43,923 nt of DNA from Pseudomonadota bacterium. GTDB lineage: Bacteria; Pseudomonadota; Alphaproteobacteria; Rickettsiales; UBA1997. Positions 1 to 8,787 of the stretch are shown piece after piece. Made by a program: the position numbers and the translations under genes. Under the pieces are notes generated by a model. The model did not search any database. It was not told the origin of the DNA and worked only from the letters and a program-made list of their open reading frames with translations. The stretch covers positions 1-43,923 of the forward strand of contig RFYG01000001.1 in assembly GCA_009925685.1 (NCBI GenBank). Reading direction: 5' to 3'. The stretch's first letter is position 1, and each line of letters opens with the position of its first letter.

Positions 1-100
1 TATGTGAGGACAACAATGAAAAATCGAAACAAAAAACTAGCAGAAACCCTGTGTTTACAGGGCATTAGCACAATCTTATTTGAAAAAATAGGAGGTGATA

Positions 101-328
101 ATGACTAAAATTACCACTCCACCAGGCTATTATAGCGAAGAAGAAATGGCTGCATTTTTGGGGAAAAGCGTCTCCACGCTGCGGGTAGACCATTGTCACA
201 GAAGAAACAGGGTGCCACCGAAAACAAAATTTGGCAGAGTCATAGTTTATTCCAAAGCCTCGTTTGATCAATGGCTCGAATCGCGAGAAATCAAGCATAG
301 CGCGAAATTCCCTAAAAATTACCGATAA
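101..328 (+). CDS. alpA: AlpA/excisionase-type HTH (HTH_17-like) regulator
   Basis: The ORF track gives 95-328 (GTG start). GGAGG at 91-95 favours ATG at 101. The small protein has the pattern EEMAAFLGKSVSTLRV...FGRVIVYSKASFDQWLESR, typical of AlpA-like prophage regulators. It lies directly upstream of a primase gene, as in P4-like islands. Confidence 0.7.
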   Translation: MTKITTPPGYYSEEEMAAFLGKSVSTLRVDHCHRRNRVPPKTKFGRVIVYSKASFDQWLESREIKHSAKFPKNYR

Positions 329-339
329 TTCTCAAAAAT

Positions 340-2454
340 ATGTTAGATTTTAATGGCGCAGAAAATCAGGGAGATTTGCCAAAGAAAATTGAAAAAGAGG
401 CAATCAGGGCGCAATTGCTCAATTCTGTTGAAGATGCTCTCTTTTATCTTTTCCCTAAAGGTCATATTAACAATCATCGCTTTCACATAGGCAGCATAAA
501 TGGAGAATCGGGCAAAAGTTTGATTGTCGATCTGAAAGGAGAAAATCAAGGCAGGTGGTTTGATTTTGCCGAAAATGAAGGTGGTGACATTTTCAGTTTA
601 TGGGAACGAGCTCGTGGTTTTAGTAAGTCAGAATTTGGCGAGCTTTTACTTGATATTGGTGATTGGATTGGCAGTCCCTCGCATTCTCAAAAAAATCGAA
701 TATCTGATTTTACTTCGCAAAAAGATCTCGGAAAACCAACGGCCAAATGGGATTATCTTGATGAACAAGGAAAGTTAATCGCCTGTGTTTATCGTTATGA
801 CACCGAAAACGGCAAAGAATTTCGGGTTTGGGATGTAAAAAACAAAAAAGCTAAATCACCAAATCCAAGGCCGCTTTACAACATTCCACAAATCCTGAAT
901 GCCAAAAAAATCATTCTTGTCGAAGGTGAAAAATCGGCTGATCGACTTGTTGAAAAAGGTTTTGTTGCGACAACCGCAATGTTTGGCGCAAATGCTCCGA
1001 TTAATAAAACCGACTGGTCGCCACTTTTTGGCAAAGAGGTAATTATATGGCCAGATAACGATTCAGCTGGGTTTGATTACAGCAAAAAAGTTTCCACACA
1101 TCTTGCTGGCATTGCTTCATTTATTTCAATCTTAACTCCTCCAAAAGATAAGCCAGCCAAATGGGATGCCGCCGATGCGGTGCTGGAGAATTTTGACATT
1201 AGCAATTTTCTGGAATCAGCGCAAAGCAGCGAAATAAAAATTCCCAGAAATTCGCTTGAAGAATTCAGAAATGACAAGCGTCCAATGCCTGACGATATTA
1301 TCGCTCCAAGGCTTCTAACTCCTGCGGGAATGTTGCTTATCGGCGGCGCACCAAAAGTTGGAAAGAGTGATTTCTTGATCAATTTCTTAACCCACATGGC
1401 AGCTGGCGAAAGCTTTCTTGGCTTGAAGCCGCCACATCCGCTTAAAATTTTTTATCTGCAAACTGAAATTGGATATTTCTACCTACGCGAGCGAATAGAA
1501 AAGTTGAAAATCTCTGAAGAAACTTTCTTGAAAGCCTCAAGAAATTTTATCATCACTTCACAGCTTCACATGATTTTAAATGACGAAGGAATTGCCGTAC
1601 TACAAAAAGCCATTCTACAAGATTTTCCAAATGGCGGACCAGATATTATCTGCATTGATCCAATTCGTAATGTTTTTGACGGAGGCGAAAATAGCAGCGA
1701 AAACGATAATAGTTCAATGTTGTTTTTCTTACAAAACCGTGTGGAAAAATTGCGCGCTTTAGTTAATAGCAATTCTGGAATTATTCTTTGTCATCACACC
1801 AAAAAAATCAGAAAAAAGGATATTGAAGAAGATCCCTTTCAAGCACTTAGCGGTGCTGGCAGTTTGAGAAGTTTTTACAGCAGCGGATTGCTTTTACATC
1901 GTCCAAACGAATATGAGCCAAAAATTCACCTATATTTTGAACTGAGAAATGGCAATGCAATTCCCAAAAAAATCGTTGAGAAAATCGACAATAAATGGAC
2001 GGAGTTAAATCTTTTTTCCGAGCGTTTAGTGCGCAAAGAATATGGCAACAGGCTTGATGCTGAAAGAGATCGCAAATCAGATGTAATCATCAAATTGATT
2101 AAATCCGAAGCCACAGCGGGCAGAGTTTATACCGCCAACCAATTTGCCGAAAAATTCGAGAATAAATGCGGGCTTGGCTATATCGATTCAATCGGAAGAA
2201 GAATTTCAATTTTGGCAACCAAAGGTTACATCAAATATAGCCGCGATTTTGCGAAGTTTAAGCTTCCAATCTCAACTTCAAAATTCGGCATCGTTTGTGT
2301 TGAAGGGATGGAATTTCCTTTTGGTGATGACGCGCCGCAAGAAGTTTTGCCCACTCATTTTAAATGTCCAAACACCGGAAACACTATGGAAATAACTGAT
2401 GATCAGGTGATTTGGAGTTATGAAGATGAAGAAAGAGGTGAAGAAAATGAATAG
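340..2454 (+). CDS. Bifunctional primase-helicase: TOPRIM primase domain fused to an AAA_25/RepA-like P-loop helicase domain
   Basis: TOPRIM signatures are IILVEGEKSADRL (Glu) and IIWPDNDSAGFDY (DxD). The Walker A is LLIGGAPKVGKSDF, and a Walker-B-like ICIDPIRNVFDG is followed by IILCHHTKK, as in RepA/AAA_25 proteins. The N-terminal WFDFAENEGGDIFSLW resembles the primase zinc-ribbon region but lacks cysteines. Confidence 0.8.
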   Translation: MLDFNGAENQGDLPKKIEKEAIRAQLLNSVEDALFYLFPKGHINNHRFHIGSINGESGKSLIVDLKGENQGRWFDFAENEGGDIFSLWERARGFSKSEFGELLLDIGDWIGSPSHSQKNRISDFTSQKDLGKPTAKWDYLDEQGKLIACVYRYDTENGKEFRVWDVKNKKAKSPNPRPLYNIPQILNAKKIILVEGEKSADRLVEKGFVATTAMFGANAPINKTDWSPLFGKEVIIWPDNDSAGFDYSKKVSTHLAGIASFISILTPPKDKPAKWDAADAVLENFDISNFLESAQSSEIKIPRNSLEEFRNDKRPMPDDIIAPRLLTPAGMLLIGGAPKVGKSDFLINFLTHMAAGESFLGLKPPHPLKIFYLQTEIGYFYLRERIEKLKISEETFLKASRNFIITSQLHMILNDEGIAVLQKAILQDFPNGGPDIICIDPIRNVFDGGENSSENDNSSMLFFLQNRVEKLRALVNSNSGIILCHHTKKIRKKDIEEDPFQALSGAGSLRSFYSSGLLLHRPNEYEPKIHLYFELRNGNAIPKKIVEKIDNKWTELNLFSERLVRKEYGNRLDAERDRKSDVIIKLIKSEATAGRVYTANQFAEKFENKCGLGYIDSIGRRISILATKGYIKYSRDFAKFKLPISTSKFGIVCVEGMEFPFGDDAPQEVLPTHFKCPNTGNTMEITDDQVIWSYEDEERGEENE

Positions 2455-2474
2455 CTTTTTGCCAGCAATCAAAT

Positions 2475-2763
2475 TGCGGAACTTAACGCCGAACTCGCTA
2501 TTTATAAGGGTGCAGAATTGATGAACTTAGATTGGTTAAGGGTTCGTGATAACAAATTGCTTATGATTCCTTTATCTGTGCAAGTTCGGCAAAGATTAAC
2601 AAAGTGGTGCGGAACTTAGTTTTGTAAAGTTGCACCAAGCCTTTTGCTCACTGCTTATTTTCAAGTTCGGCAGTTATTCAAAAACGCTTAAGTAAAAAAA
2701 TTAAGTTTAGCAGCGCAGAACTTTTGATACTACTGCCTTTGGCTGTCTTAACCAAGTTCCGTA
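2475..2763. repeat. Cluster of iteron-like 10-11 bp motifs, consensus (C/T)AAGTTC(C/G)GCA, in both orientations
   Basis: CAAGTTCGGCA occurs at 2581-2591 and 2662-2672, and CAAGTTCCGTA at 2753-2763. The reverse complement TGCGGAACTTA occurs at 2475-2485 and 2608-2618. Degenerate copies are GCCGAACT at 2488-2495 and GCAGAACTT at 2714-2723. All lie in non-coding DNA just after the primase-helicase stop at 2454. Confidence 0.6.
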
Positions 2764-2777
2764 GTTGTAAACCCCAT

Positions 2778-2808
2778 ATACTATGGGGGTGAAATCACCC
2801 CATAGTAT
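2778..2808. repeat. Perfect 11-bp-stem hairpin with an overlapping alternative 7-bp hairpin
   Basis: ATACTATGGGG (2778-2788) pairs with CCCCATAGTAT (2798-2808) around a 9-nt loop. The same left arm can instead pair as CCCCATA (2772-2778) with TATGGGG (2782-2788) around a 3-nt loop, so the two structures are mutually exclusive. Confidence 0.6.
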
Positions 2809-2943
2809 GTGTATGGAATGTTTCATCTTCTTTATTAGTGCAATACGATGAATGACCAAAAAAACAAAAAGGTACTGTGACGGGATTTTTTTTGCGGGTA
2901 ACGCGCAACCGTGGCACTTTTTTACTGTCAGACTTCTAAAAAG

Positions 2944-3040
2944 GGTGCGCACTTGGTACGCACTTTTCGCTTTTAAGACTTGTAAATAAAGGGTTTGTCT
3001 GGTGCGCACCTTGCGATTTTTTGCGTACCAAGTGCGCACC
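2944..3040. repeat. Perfect 19-bp inverted repeat with a third partial copy; probable protein-binding site or origin element
   Basis: GGTGCGCACTTGGTACGCA (2944-2962) is the exact reverse complement of TGCGTACCAAGTGCGCACC (3022-3040), 59 bp apart. An additional GGTGCGCACC lies at 3001-3010. A G/T-rich tract follows at about 3068-3107. Confidence 0.7.
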
Positions 3041-3250
3041 AAGACTTTAAACTGATATTGTATTTCTTGTGGTGTGGGTTTTGGGTTTAGTGGATTTTGT
3101 GTGGTGATACAGTCAATTTCGACTGTGGATTTAATATCTCTTAGTAAAAAAGTTATTCTACCAAGCGCTGGTTTATTATTTAAAATTTTTTAATTACTTC
3201 TGGTAGAGTTTAAGGTTTTTAAATTATTGCGCATAGGACTTTTAAAAAGT

Positions 3251-3949
3251 TTAACGAGCATGCTTTTTGATATCAGCAGCTGTGCTCAAAACTATAAATA
3301 TTGGAATAGCTATTGCCAAAGTTACGACAAGTACACCAGCTCCAACAACTATAGTTAGTGAGTCCCCTGCTACGGTGACTGGAGTCAAAGCTATTTTTTT
3401 GGATTTATTTAAAGTGCTTTCATTTTCAAGCTCAACTCTGACTTTGTACTCTTTGCTAAGTGATGAGTTACCAACTTTATAATCTACATCTGGTTTTGGT
3501 AAATAACGCGTACCACTTAAATTGAGTTTTTTTCCGAGCACCTGATTATTACCCCACTTTTGATCTGAGAATCCTAGTTTTGTAAGAAAAGCTATCTCGT
3601 CTTTTGATAAGTTTTCTAAACTCTTGGAAGATGGTTCTTTTTTAAAAGAACTGCTTATCCAGACGGACAATTTTACATCATTTTCTGATACGGCCTTAAA
3701 ATCATAAATATTCATTACTAGTTTTTGCTTACTATTCCAATTGAGTAGCTGTCTGATGATGCCAGAATTATCATCAAAAATGTAGTGATACTTTTTTCCT
3801 AGAAAGATTACTTTATTTCCATCTTCGCTAATCAAATATTGCTTGATGGTATCCTCGTAATATTCCTTTTTTTGCCACATTTCAGTGGTGATGCATCCAG
3901 AATTAAATAAAAGTGAGAATATGATAATTAGGGACTGAACTTTCTTCAT
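3251..3949 (-). CDS. Hypothetical exported protein, possible lipoprotein with a C-terminal membrane anchor
   Basis: The N-terminus MKKVQSLIIIFSLLFNSGC looks like a signal peptide with a Cys in lipobox position. A hydrophobic C-terminal segment VVGAGVLVVTLAIAIPIFIVL follows. It is the last gene of the tetR-to-aas same-strand string, 11 nt after aas. Confidence 0.5.
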   Translation of the reverse strand: MKKVQSLIIIFSLLFNSGCITTEMWQKKEYYEDTIKQYLISEDGNKVIFLGKKYHYIFDDNSGIIRQLLNWNSKQKLVMNIYDFKAVSENDVKLSVWISSSFKKEPSSKSLENLSKDEIAFLTKLGFSDQKWGNNQVLGKKLNLSGTRYLPKPDVDYKVGNSSLSKEYKVRVELENESTLNKSKKIALTPVTVAGDSLTIVVGAGVLVVTLAIAIPIFIVLSTAADIKKHAR

Positions 3950-3960
3950 AAGAGTGGTGT

Positions 3961-6096
3961 TTATAAGTTAGCATTTAAGACTAAATTTTTTACTGATATG
4001 TAGTCAATCTTCCCAGTTCCAAGCAACGGCAATTTTTCAACAGAGATAATTTCTTTTGGAACCGACAATTCGGTGATTTGGTTTTCTTTGAAGTAAGCAG
4101 AAATATCGCTGCGTTTCAGGCTTTGGCTAGTTGTCATTAAAATTAATTGCTCACCTTTTTTAGGATCTGGAATTGCCACGATTGCGTGTGCTGATTTTGG
4201 ATCGATTTTGGCGATGTTAATTTCAGTTGCGGTTAGCGAAACCATTTCGCCAGCGATTTTGGCGAAACGTTTGGCGCGACCTTTGATTGAGATGTAGCCT
4301 TTATCATCAATTGCAACGATGTCACCAGTGTCGTACCAGCCATCTTGAGTCGGTGTGATCACTCCGGGATTTGAGGATAACAAATATCCTTTCATAATAT
4401 TTGGTCCGCTCACCAAAAGTTTTTTGCCATCAGTAATTCCTGAAATTTCTTCGAATTTTGATTTAATTCCCGGCATCAATCTGCCAACGGTTCCCGGCTT
4501 ATTGTGCATCGGCGTGTTGGTTGAAAGAGCGGGTGCGGTTTCGGTTGCGCCGTAGCCTTCGAAAATTCTTACACCAAATTTTTCTGACCAAATTTTGCGC
4601 GTTTCTTCATCAAGTTTTTCAGCTCCTGCAAAGACGTAGCGAATTGAATAGAAATCGTAAGCGTTGGCAAAGCGTGCATAGTTAGAAAGGAAAGTATTCG
4701 TACCAAACATGATTGTCGCATTGGTGTCATAAACCAATTCTGGCACGATGCGATAGTGAAGTGGCGATGGGTAAAAGAAGGTTTTTATGCCAGATAAAAT
4801 CGGCAACAAAGTTCCGCCAGTTAAACCGAAAGAATGGAAAATTGGCAGTGCGTTAAAAACGGTATCTTTGCTTGAGAAATCAACACGGGATGCCAGTTGA
4901 AAACGATTGGCTTGAATATTTTTGTGACTCAAAACCACGCCTTTTGGCGTACCTTCCGAACCAGAAGTAAACAGAATGACAGCAGGATTTTCAGGAGAAA
5001 CTTTGTGATAAAATTTTTCGGCAAAACATGCTTTAAGAAGGCCACAAATTTTTTCTGCAATTGTGATTTTTTTGGCAATGTCTTCGAGATAAATTATTCT
5101 AATTTTTTCGTTTTCTGCTGCTTCAACAAGATTTTGTAATTTTGCGCCTTCGATAAATTTCTGAGCGGTAAAAATGGTTTTGATTTTGGCCACTTGGCAA
5201 GCAGCAATAAAATTTGCGCCACCAGTTGAAAAGTTGATCATTGCTGGCACGCGATTTGCTGATTGCATTGCAAAAAATGTTGCGATGCTGGTGTTCATAT
5301 TCGGCAACATCAAACCAACGTATTCGCCTTCTGAAGTTTCTTTTGCGATTTGGTTTCCAAGAATAAAACTGCGAGTAATTAGCTGTTTGTATGAAAGTGG
5401 TTTGCGTTCAACATCGACAATAATTTCATGATTTTTTCCGTGAATTTTTGCGGCATCTAAAAGCGAAGAAAACAAAGTTTTTTTGTAATCTGAACTTTCA
5501 AATAACATTTCGGTCATAATGTCATAAAGCTTGTCAGCATTTGCTGCACGACGATCACGACCAGTAATTTCTTTCGCCACCTCAAATTTTTGCGGTGCTA
5601 AAATTGTAATCGTAATTTTTGGGAAAGTGTGAATTTTGACGCGGCCTTTCAAACGTGAAAAAGGCGAGAACTGCGCACCATCAAGACGAACTGGCAAAAT
5701 CATCGCGTCCGTTTTGTCAGCAATCATTCCTGGGCCTTCATAAATTTTCATCAACGAGCCAGTGACGGTGATTCTTCCTTCGGGAAAAATTACGCATCTT
5801 TTATCTTTTTTGATTTCGTTGATCAGGCTTTTAACCGCCATCGGATTGGTTGGATCGAGGGCGAAAGTTTCAGCTAATGTAAGAAATGGCTTCATCCACC
5901 ATTGCCTAGAAATAAAGGTGTTAACCGCAAAAATTGGGCGATTTGGTAGAAAAACGGCCAGCAAAATTGCATCCAAAAATGACAAGTGATTGGCGACAAT
6001 CAAAACGCGATTTCCGGCTTTTTGGTAATTTTCTAAACCTTTGATTTCGACTTTGTAAAGTTTAGTTAAAGTGAGACGAAGTAAGTTTTTAAACAT
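3961..6096 (-). CDS. aas: Bifunctional 2-acylglycerophosphoethanolamine acyltransferase / acyl-ACP synthetase (Aas)
   Basis: The N-terminal PlsC-type acyltransferase motifs are VANHLSFLDAILL (HxxxxD) and IFPEGRITVTG. The C-terminal AMP-binding domain shows LFTSGSEGTPKGVVLSH, YGATE and a GWYDTGD-like motif. At 711 aa it is similar in size to E. coli Aas, and it overlaps the upstream lplT by 8 nt, the classic lplT-aas arrangement. Confidence 0.85.
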   Translation of the reverse strand: MFKNLLRLTLTKLYKVEIKGLENYQKAGNRVLIVANHLSFLDAILLAVFLPNRPIFAVNTFISRQWWMKPFLTLAETFALDPTNPMAVKSLINEIKKDKRCVIFPEGRITVTGSLMKIYEGPGMIADKTDAMILPVRLDGAQFSPFSRLKGRVKIHTFPKITITILAPQKFEVAKEITGRDRRAANADKLYDIMTEMLFESSDYKKTLFSSLLDAAKIHGKNHEIIVDVERKPLSYKQLITRSFILGNQIAKETSEGEYVGLMLPNMNTSIATFFAMQSANRVPAMINFSTGGANFIAACQVAKIKTIFTAQKFIEGAKLQNLVEAAENEKIRIIYLEDIAKKITIAEKICGLLKACFAEKFYHKVSPENPAVILFTSGSEGTPKGVVLSHKNIQANRFQLASRVDFSSKDTVFNALPIFHSFGLTGGTLLPILSGIKTFFYPSPLHYRIVPELVYDTNATIMFGTNTFLSNYARFANAYDFYSIRYVFAGAEKLDEETRKIWSEKFGVRIFEGYGATETAPALSTNTPMHNKPGTVGRLMPGIKSKFEEISGITDGKKLLVSGPNIMKGYLLSSNPGVITPTQDGWYDTGDIVAIDDKGYISIKGRAKRFAKIAGEMVSLTATEINIAKIDPKSAHAIVAIPDPKKGEQLILMTTSQSLKRSDISAYFKENQITELSVPKEIISVEKLPLLGTGKIDYISVKNLVLNANL

Positions 6097-7384
6097 GGCG
6101 ATTTAGGTTTTGGTTAACAATTTTACGGATGAAGCAAAAGACGAAAATGTTGAAAATTCCGAGTATCAGAAAGATTTGGATCAGAGTTAGTTGTAGTGCG
6201 ATAAGAGAAACAATTACAAAGCTTGAGGCGACCATAAACAAAGCATTTAGAACGTTATTTGCAGCGACAATTCGTGAGAGATATTTATTGTCCGATCTGT
6301 GCTGCATGATAGCGTAAAGTGGAACGATGTAGATGCCGGAAAATATTGCGATGATGAGCAGACTTAAAACTATTAAATAGCTGGCAAAGCTGCTGCTAAA
6401 AAATTCTCCGAGGCTGATTATATTTTCAGGAGTTTGGTAAAGATTGCTGGCGAAACAGAAAAATAAAATTCCTAGCGAAATGCTGATTGACCCAAGTGGT
6501 ACAAGCTTTCCGTTGATTTGTCCTCTTAATAATTTGTTACACATTACAGAGCCAACACCAATGCCAATTGAGAAAATTGACAAGAAAAGTGTGACGATAA
6601 ATTCATCGCCGTTGATGATATTTTTGGTGTAGATTGGAAATTGCGAAAGGAAGGTTAGACCAATAAACCAGAACCACGAGATGCCAATTATTGAAAGCCA
6701 AACGGTGTTTTCTTTTTTGGCAAAGCCGATGATTTTCCAAGTTTGTGAGAAGATGTTGAGTCCGATTTTTAAGTCTGAATCAGAGATCGGAGTTTTAGGA
6801 ATGAAGCGACTTGCGATATAGCCAATTACGGCAAAAAATACGACCGCTGCACAAATAATTTCGATGCCATTTTGTGATCGAATCGCAACGCCACCAAGAA
6901 TTGTGCCAAGCAAAATTGCCAAGAAAGTTCCACCTTCAATTAAAGCGTTTCCGCTTACTAATTCATTATCTTTAAGAGTTTCGGGAAGAAGGCTGTATTT
7001 GATTGGACCAAAAAAGGTGGAATGAATGCCCATCAAAAATACTAATAACAAAAGCAGATAAATATTTTCAAAATAAAAACCGATAAATGCGAAAGCCATA
7101 ATCACAATTTCGGCAACTTTAATGATTCGAACAATTTTTGATTTCTCGAATTTATCAGCAATTTGTCCGGCTAGCGCTGAGAAAAGGAAAAATGGTAAAA
7201 CAAATAATCCTGAGGCGATTGTAACCATCAGTTGCGCGTCCATATCTAGCTTCGTTGCAACGTCGTAAGTAAACCAAATCAGAAATGCATTTTTGAAAAC
7301 GTTATCGTTAAAAGCTCCGAAAAATTGAGTGATAAAAAGAGGAAGAAATCTTTGTGATTTAAGAAGGTGACTTTGGTTCTTCAT
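6089..7384 (-). CDS. lplT: MFS lysophospholipid transporter LplT
   Basis: A 431-aa polytopic membrane protein with about 12 hydrophobic segments. Its N-terminus FLPLFITQFFGAFNDNVFKNA is typical of LplT, and it sits immediately upstream of and overlapping aas. Confidence 0.8.
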   Translation of the reverse strand: MKNQSHLLKSQRFLPLFITQFFGAFNDNVFKNAFLIWFTYDVATKLDMDAQLMVTIASGLFVLPFFLFSALAGQIADKFEKSKIVRIIKVAEIVIMAFAFIGFYFENIYLLLLLVFLMGIHSTFFGPIKYSLLPETLKDNELVSGNALIEGGTFLAILLGTILGGVAIRSQNGIEIICAAVVFFAVIGYIASRFIPKTPISDSDLKIGLNIFSQTWKIIGFAKKENTVWLSIIGISWFWFIGLTFLSQFPIYTKNIINGDEFIVTLFLSIFSIGIGVGSVMCNKLLRGQINGKLVPLGSISISLGILFFCFASNLYQTPENIISLGEFFSSSFASYLIVLSLLIIAIFSGIYIVPLYAIMQHRSDNKYLSRIVAANNVLNALFMVASSFVIVSLIALQLTLIQIFLILGIFNIFVFCFIRKIVNQNLNRHV

Positions 7385-7390
7385 ATTGAT

Positions 7391-8110
7391 TTAGTGTTTA
7401 AAATTACCGTTTTGTAAAAAGTATAAAGTTTGGTTCTGCACTTCTTTATTTGACGGAAAAAAGGTGTGAGATGCGTTGACAACAATGTGATCTTTCATGC
7501 CTTTTAGCTTGGTACTCTCAATTGATACTTTTCCGTCGTTCTTTCCTGGAATTATGCTCCAGCATATTGGATCAATTGCCGTGTCTCCAGCAATAACCCC
7601 GAGATCGTAAGTGACGTCACCAAGAAGATGTTTAATTGAAGACTGATCGGTAATTAGCTGTTGTCCTGCTGGGCCATATATTTTTTTGTAAGGCCAAAAA
7701 TTCTTTAGTAAGTTTGAGATTTCGCTACCTTGGTTGGGTGGAGCTAATTGAACAACTTTGCCAAGATTTGAATATTTGTATTTGTGAATTAGGGCGCGAA
7801 CCATCAAGCCGCCCATTGAATAACCAACGAAATGTATCTTCTTGTTTGATGTGATTTTCGAAGAAATTTCTTTATGAATTATATCGGTTAAGTCTTCTAT
7901 CTTGTGTGATGTTGATGGGTAATCTAAGTTAATTACTTGAAAGCCTTTTTTTTCCAAGTTATGAGCCAGAGATTCCATATGTTTGCTCGATCTAGCAATT
8001 CCGTGTAAAATTATGACATAATCGCCTTTTTGCTCTAAAACTTCAGCATCAGCTTTTGAGGATAGAATAGATAAATTAAGGCCTAGTATCAGTAAAAGTT
8101 TACGAATCAT
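7391..8110 (-). CDS. Secreted alpha/beta-fold hydrolase (lipase/esterase-like)
   Basis: It has a signal-like N-terminus MIRKLLLILGLNLSILSSKADA, an oxyanion-region VIILHGIARSS and the nucleophile elbow GYSMGG. It overlaps the tetR stop by 4 nt. Confidence 0.75.
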   Translation of the reverse strand: MIRKLLLILGLNLSILSSKADAEVLEQKGDYVIILHGIARSSKHMESLAHNLEKKGFQVINLDYPSTSHKIEDLTDIIHKEISSKITSNKKIHFVGYSMGGLMVRALIHKYKYSNLGKVVQLAPPNQGSEISNLLKNFWPYKKIYGPAGQQLITDQSSIKHLLGDVTYDLGVIAGDTAIDPICWSIIPGKNDGKVSIESTKLKGMKDHIVVNASHTFFPSNKEVQNQTLYFLQNGNFKH

Positions 8111-8700
8111 TTATCTATGCCTCGTAAGTAATTATCTACTAACTGACTTGTTAGTTCTTCAACAGAATTTAGTCCTGCAACATTCAGTTTTTTGGTTAAA
8201 CTCAAAATACAGATGCCGTGAATGCTTGCCCATATTATCTTAGCATGTTTTAAACATGCTGAATCATCTTTGATAAAACATTTCAGAACGTCTTTAATTA
8301 TAGCAAAAAGCTCATCTATTTTTTTGTTGTAAAATTCAGGTAGCTGCAATTCTTCTGGAATGCTATACTCAAATAGTGCACTCCATCTATTATAATTCTG
8401 GCTGGCGAATTCTATGTAAAGATGAGCTAATTGTTTAATCGCAGCAGAGTTTTGCAAATTTGGTTCCAAATTTCCTTTCATGAAACCTTTCATATCATCC
8501 AATGTTGTAGCATTGATGTGAAAAACTATATCGTCATAGCTGTCAAAAACATTGTACAAAGTTCCAACAGTGTATCCGATTTCTTTAGCAATTTGACGAG
8601 TGCTGAATCCAGAAAAACCAGATTTATCAATTAAATCAGAGCCGGTTTTGATTACCATTTCTCTAATCTCATCTTTGGTGTGATCATTTCTTCTTGCCAT
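8107..8700 (-). CDS. TetR/AcrR-family transcriptional regulator
   Basis: The N-terminal HTH FSTRQIAKEIGYTVGTLYNVF is followed by a helical ligand-binding domain of typical size (197 aa). Confidence 0.85.
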   Translation of the reverse strand: MARRNDHTKDEIREMVIKTGSDLIDKSGFSGFSTRQIAKEIGYTVGTLYNVFDSYDDIVFHINATTLDDMKGFMKGNLEPNLQNSAAIKQLAHLYIEFASQNYNRWSALFEYSIPEELQLPEFYNKKIDELFAIIKDVLKCFIKDDSACLKHAKIIWASIHGICILSLTKKLNVAGLNSVEELTSQLVDNYLRGIDK

Positions 8701-8787
8701 TTAATTTTACACTGTTTAATTAATAAGTAATTGAACAGTGTTCATTTTATCTGCAAAATTTTTTAACACAACCTTTTTATTACGATT

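Noticed and set aside
47-62. The small hairpin CCCTGT-GTTT-ACAGGG upstream of the AlpA-like gene, as an operator or terminator
   Set aside because: It has only a 6-bp stem, no T-run and no second copy. That is too weak to call.
65-298. Antisense or alternative-frame ORFs nested in annotated genes. Examples: 65-298, 343-549, 1077-1397, 4355-4555, 5174-5431, 13225-13515, 15637-15957, 16327-16650, 28099-28425, 37190-37537, 39796-40038, 42208-42648
   Set aside because: Each lies wholly inside a longer ORF that has clear family motifs. Their translations are low-complexity and typical of AT-rich shadow frames.
2475-2763. A CRISPR array, as a reading of the repeated motifs
   Set aside because: The repeats are only 10-11 bp, occur in both orientations and are irregularly spaced (2475, 2581, 2608, 2662, 2753). 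There are no cas genes in the window.
2707-3042. 111-aa minus-strand ORF in the region after the primase
   Set aside because: It has a non-ATG start, a highly basic low-complexity translation, and runs straight through the hairpin and the 19-bp inverted repeats. It is more likely non-coding repeat DNA.
3101-3175. A possible tRNA on the minus strand: CAGCGCTTGGTAGA resembles a D arm, ACAGTC/GACTGT forms a hairpin, and CACCA follows
   Set aside because: The hairpin loop (GAAATT) is not a T loop. No acceptor-stem pairing or anticodon arm can be drawn. The resemblance is limited to about 12 nt.
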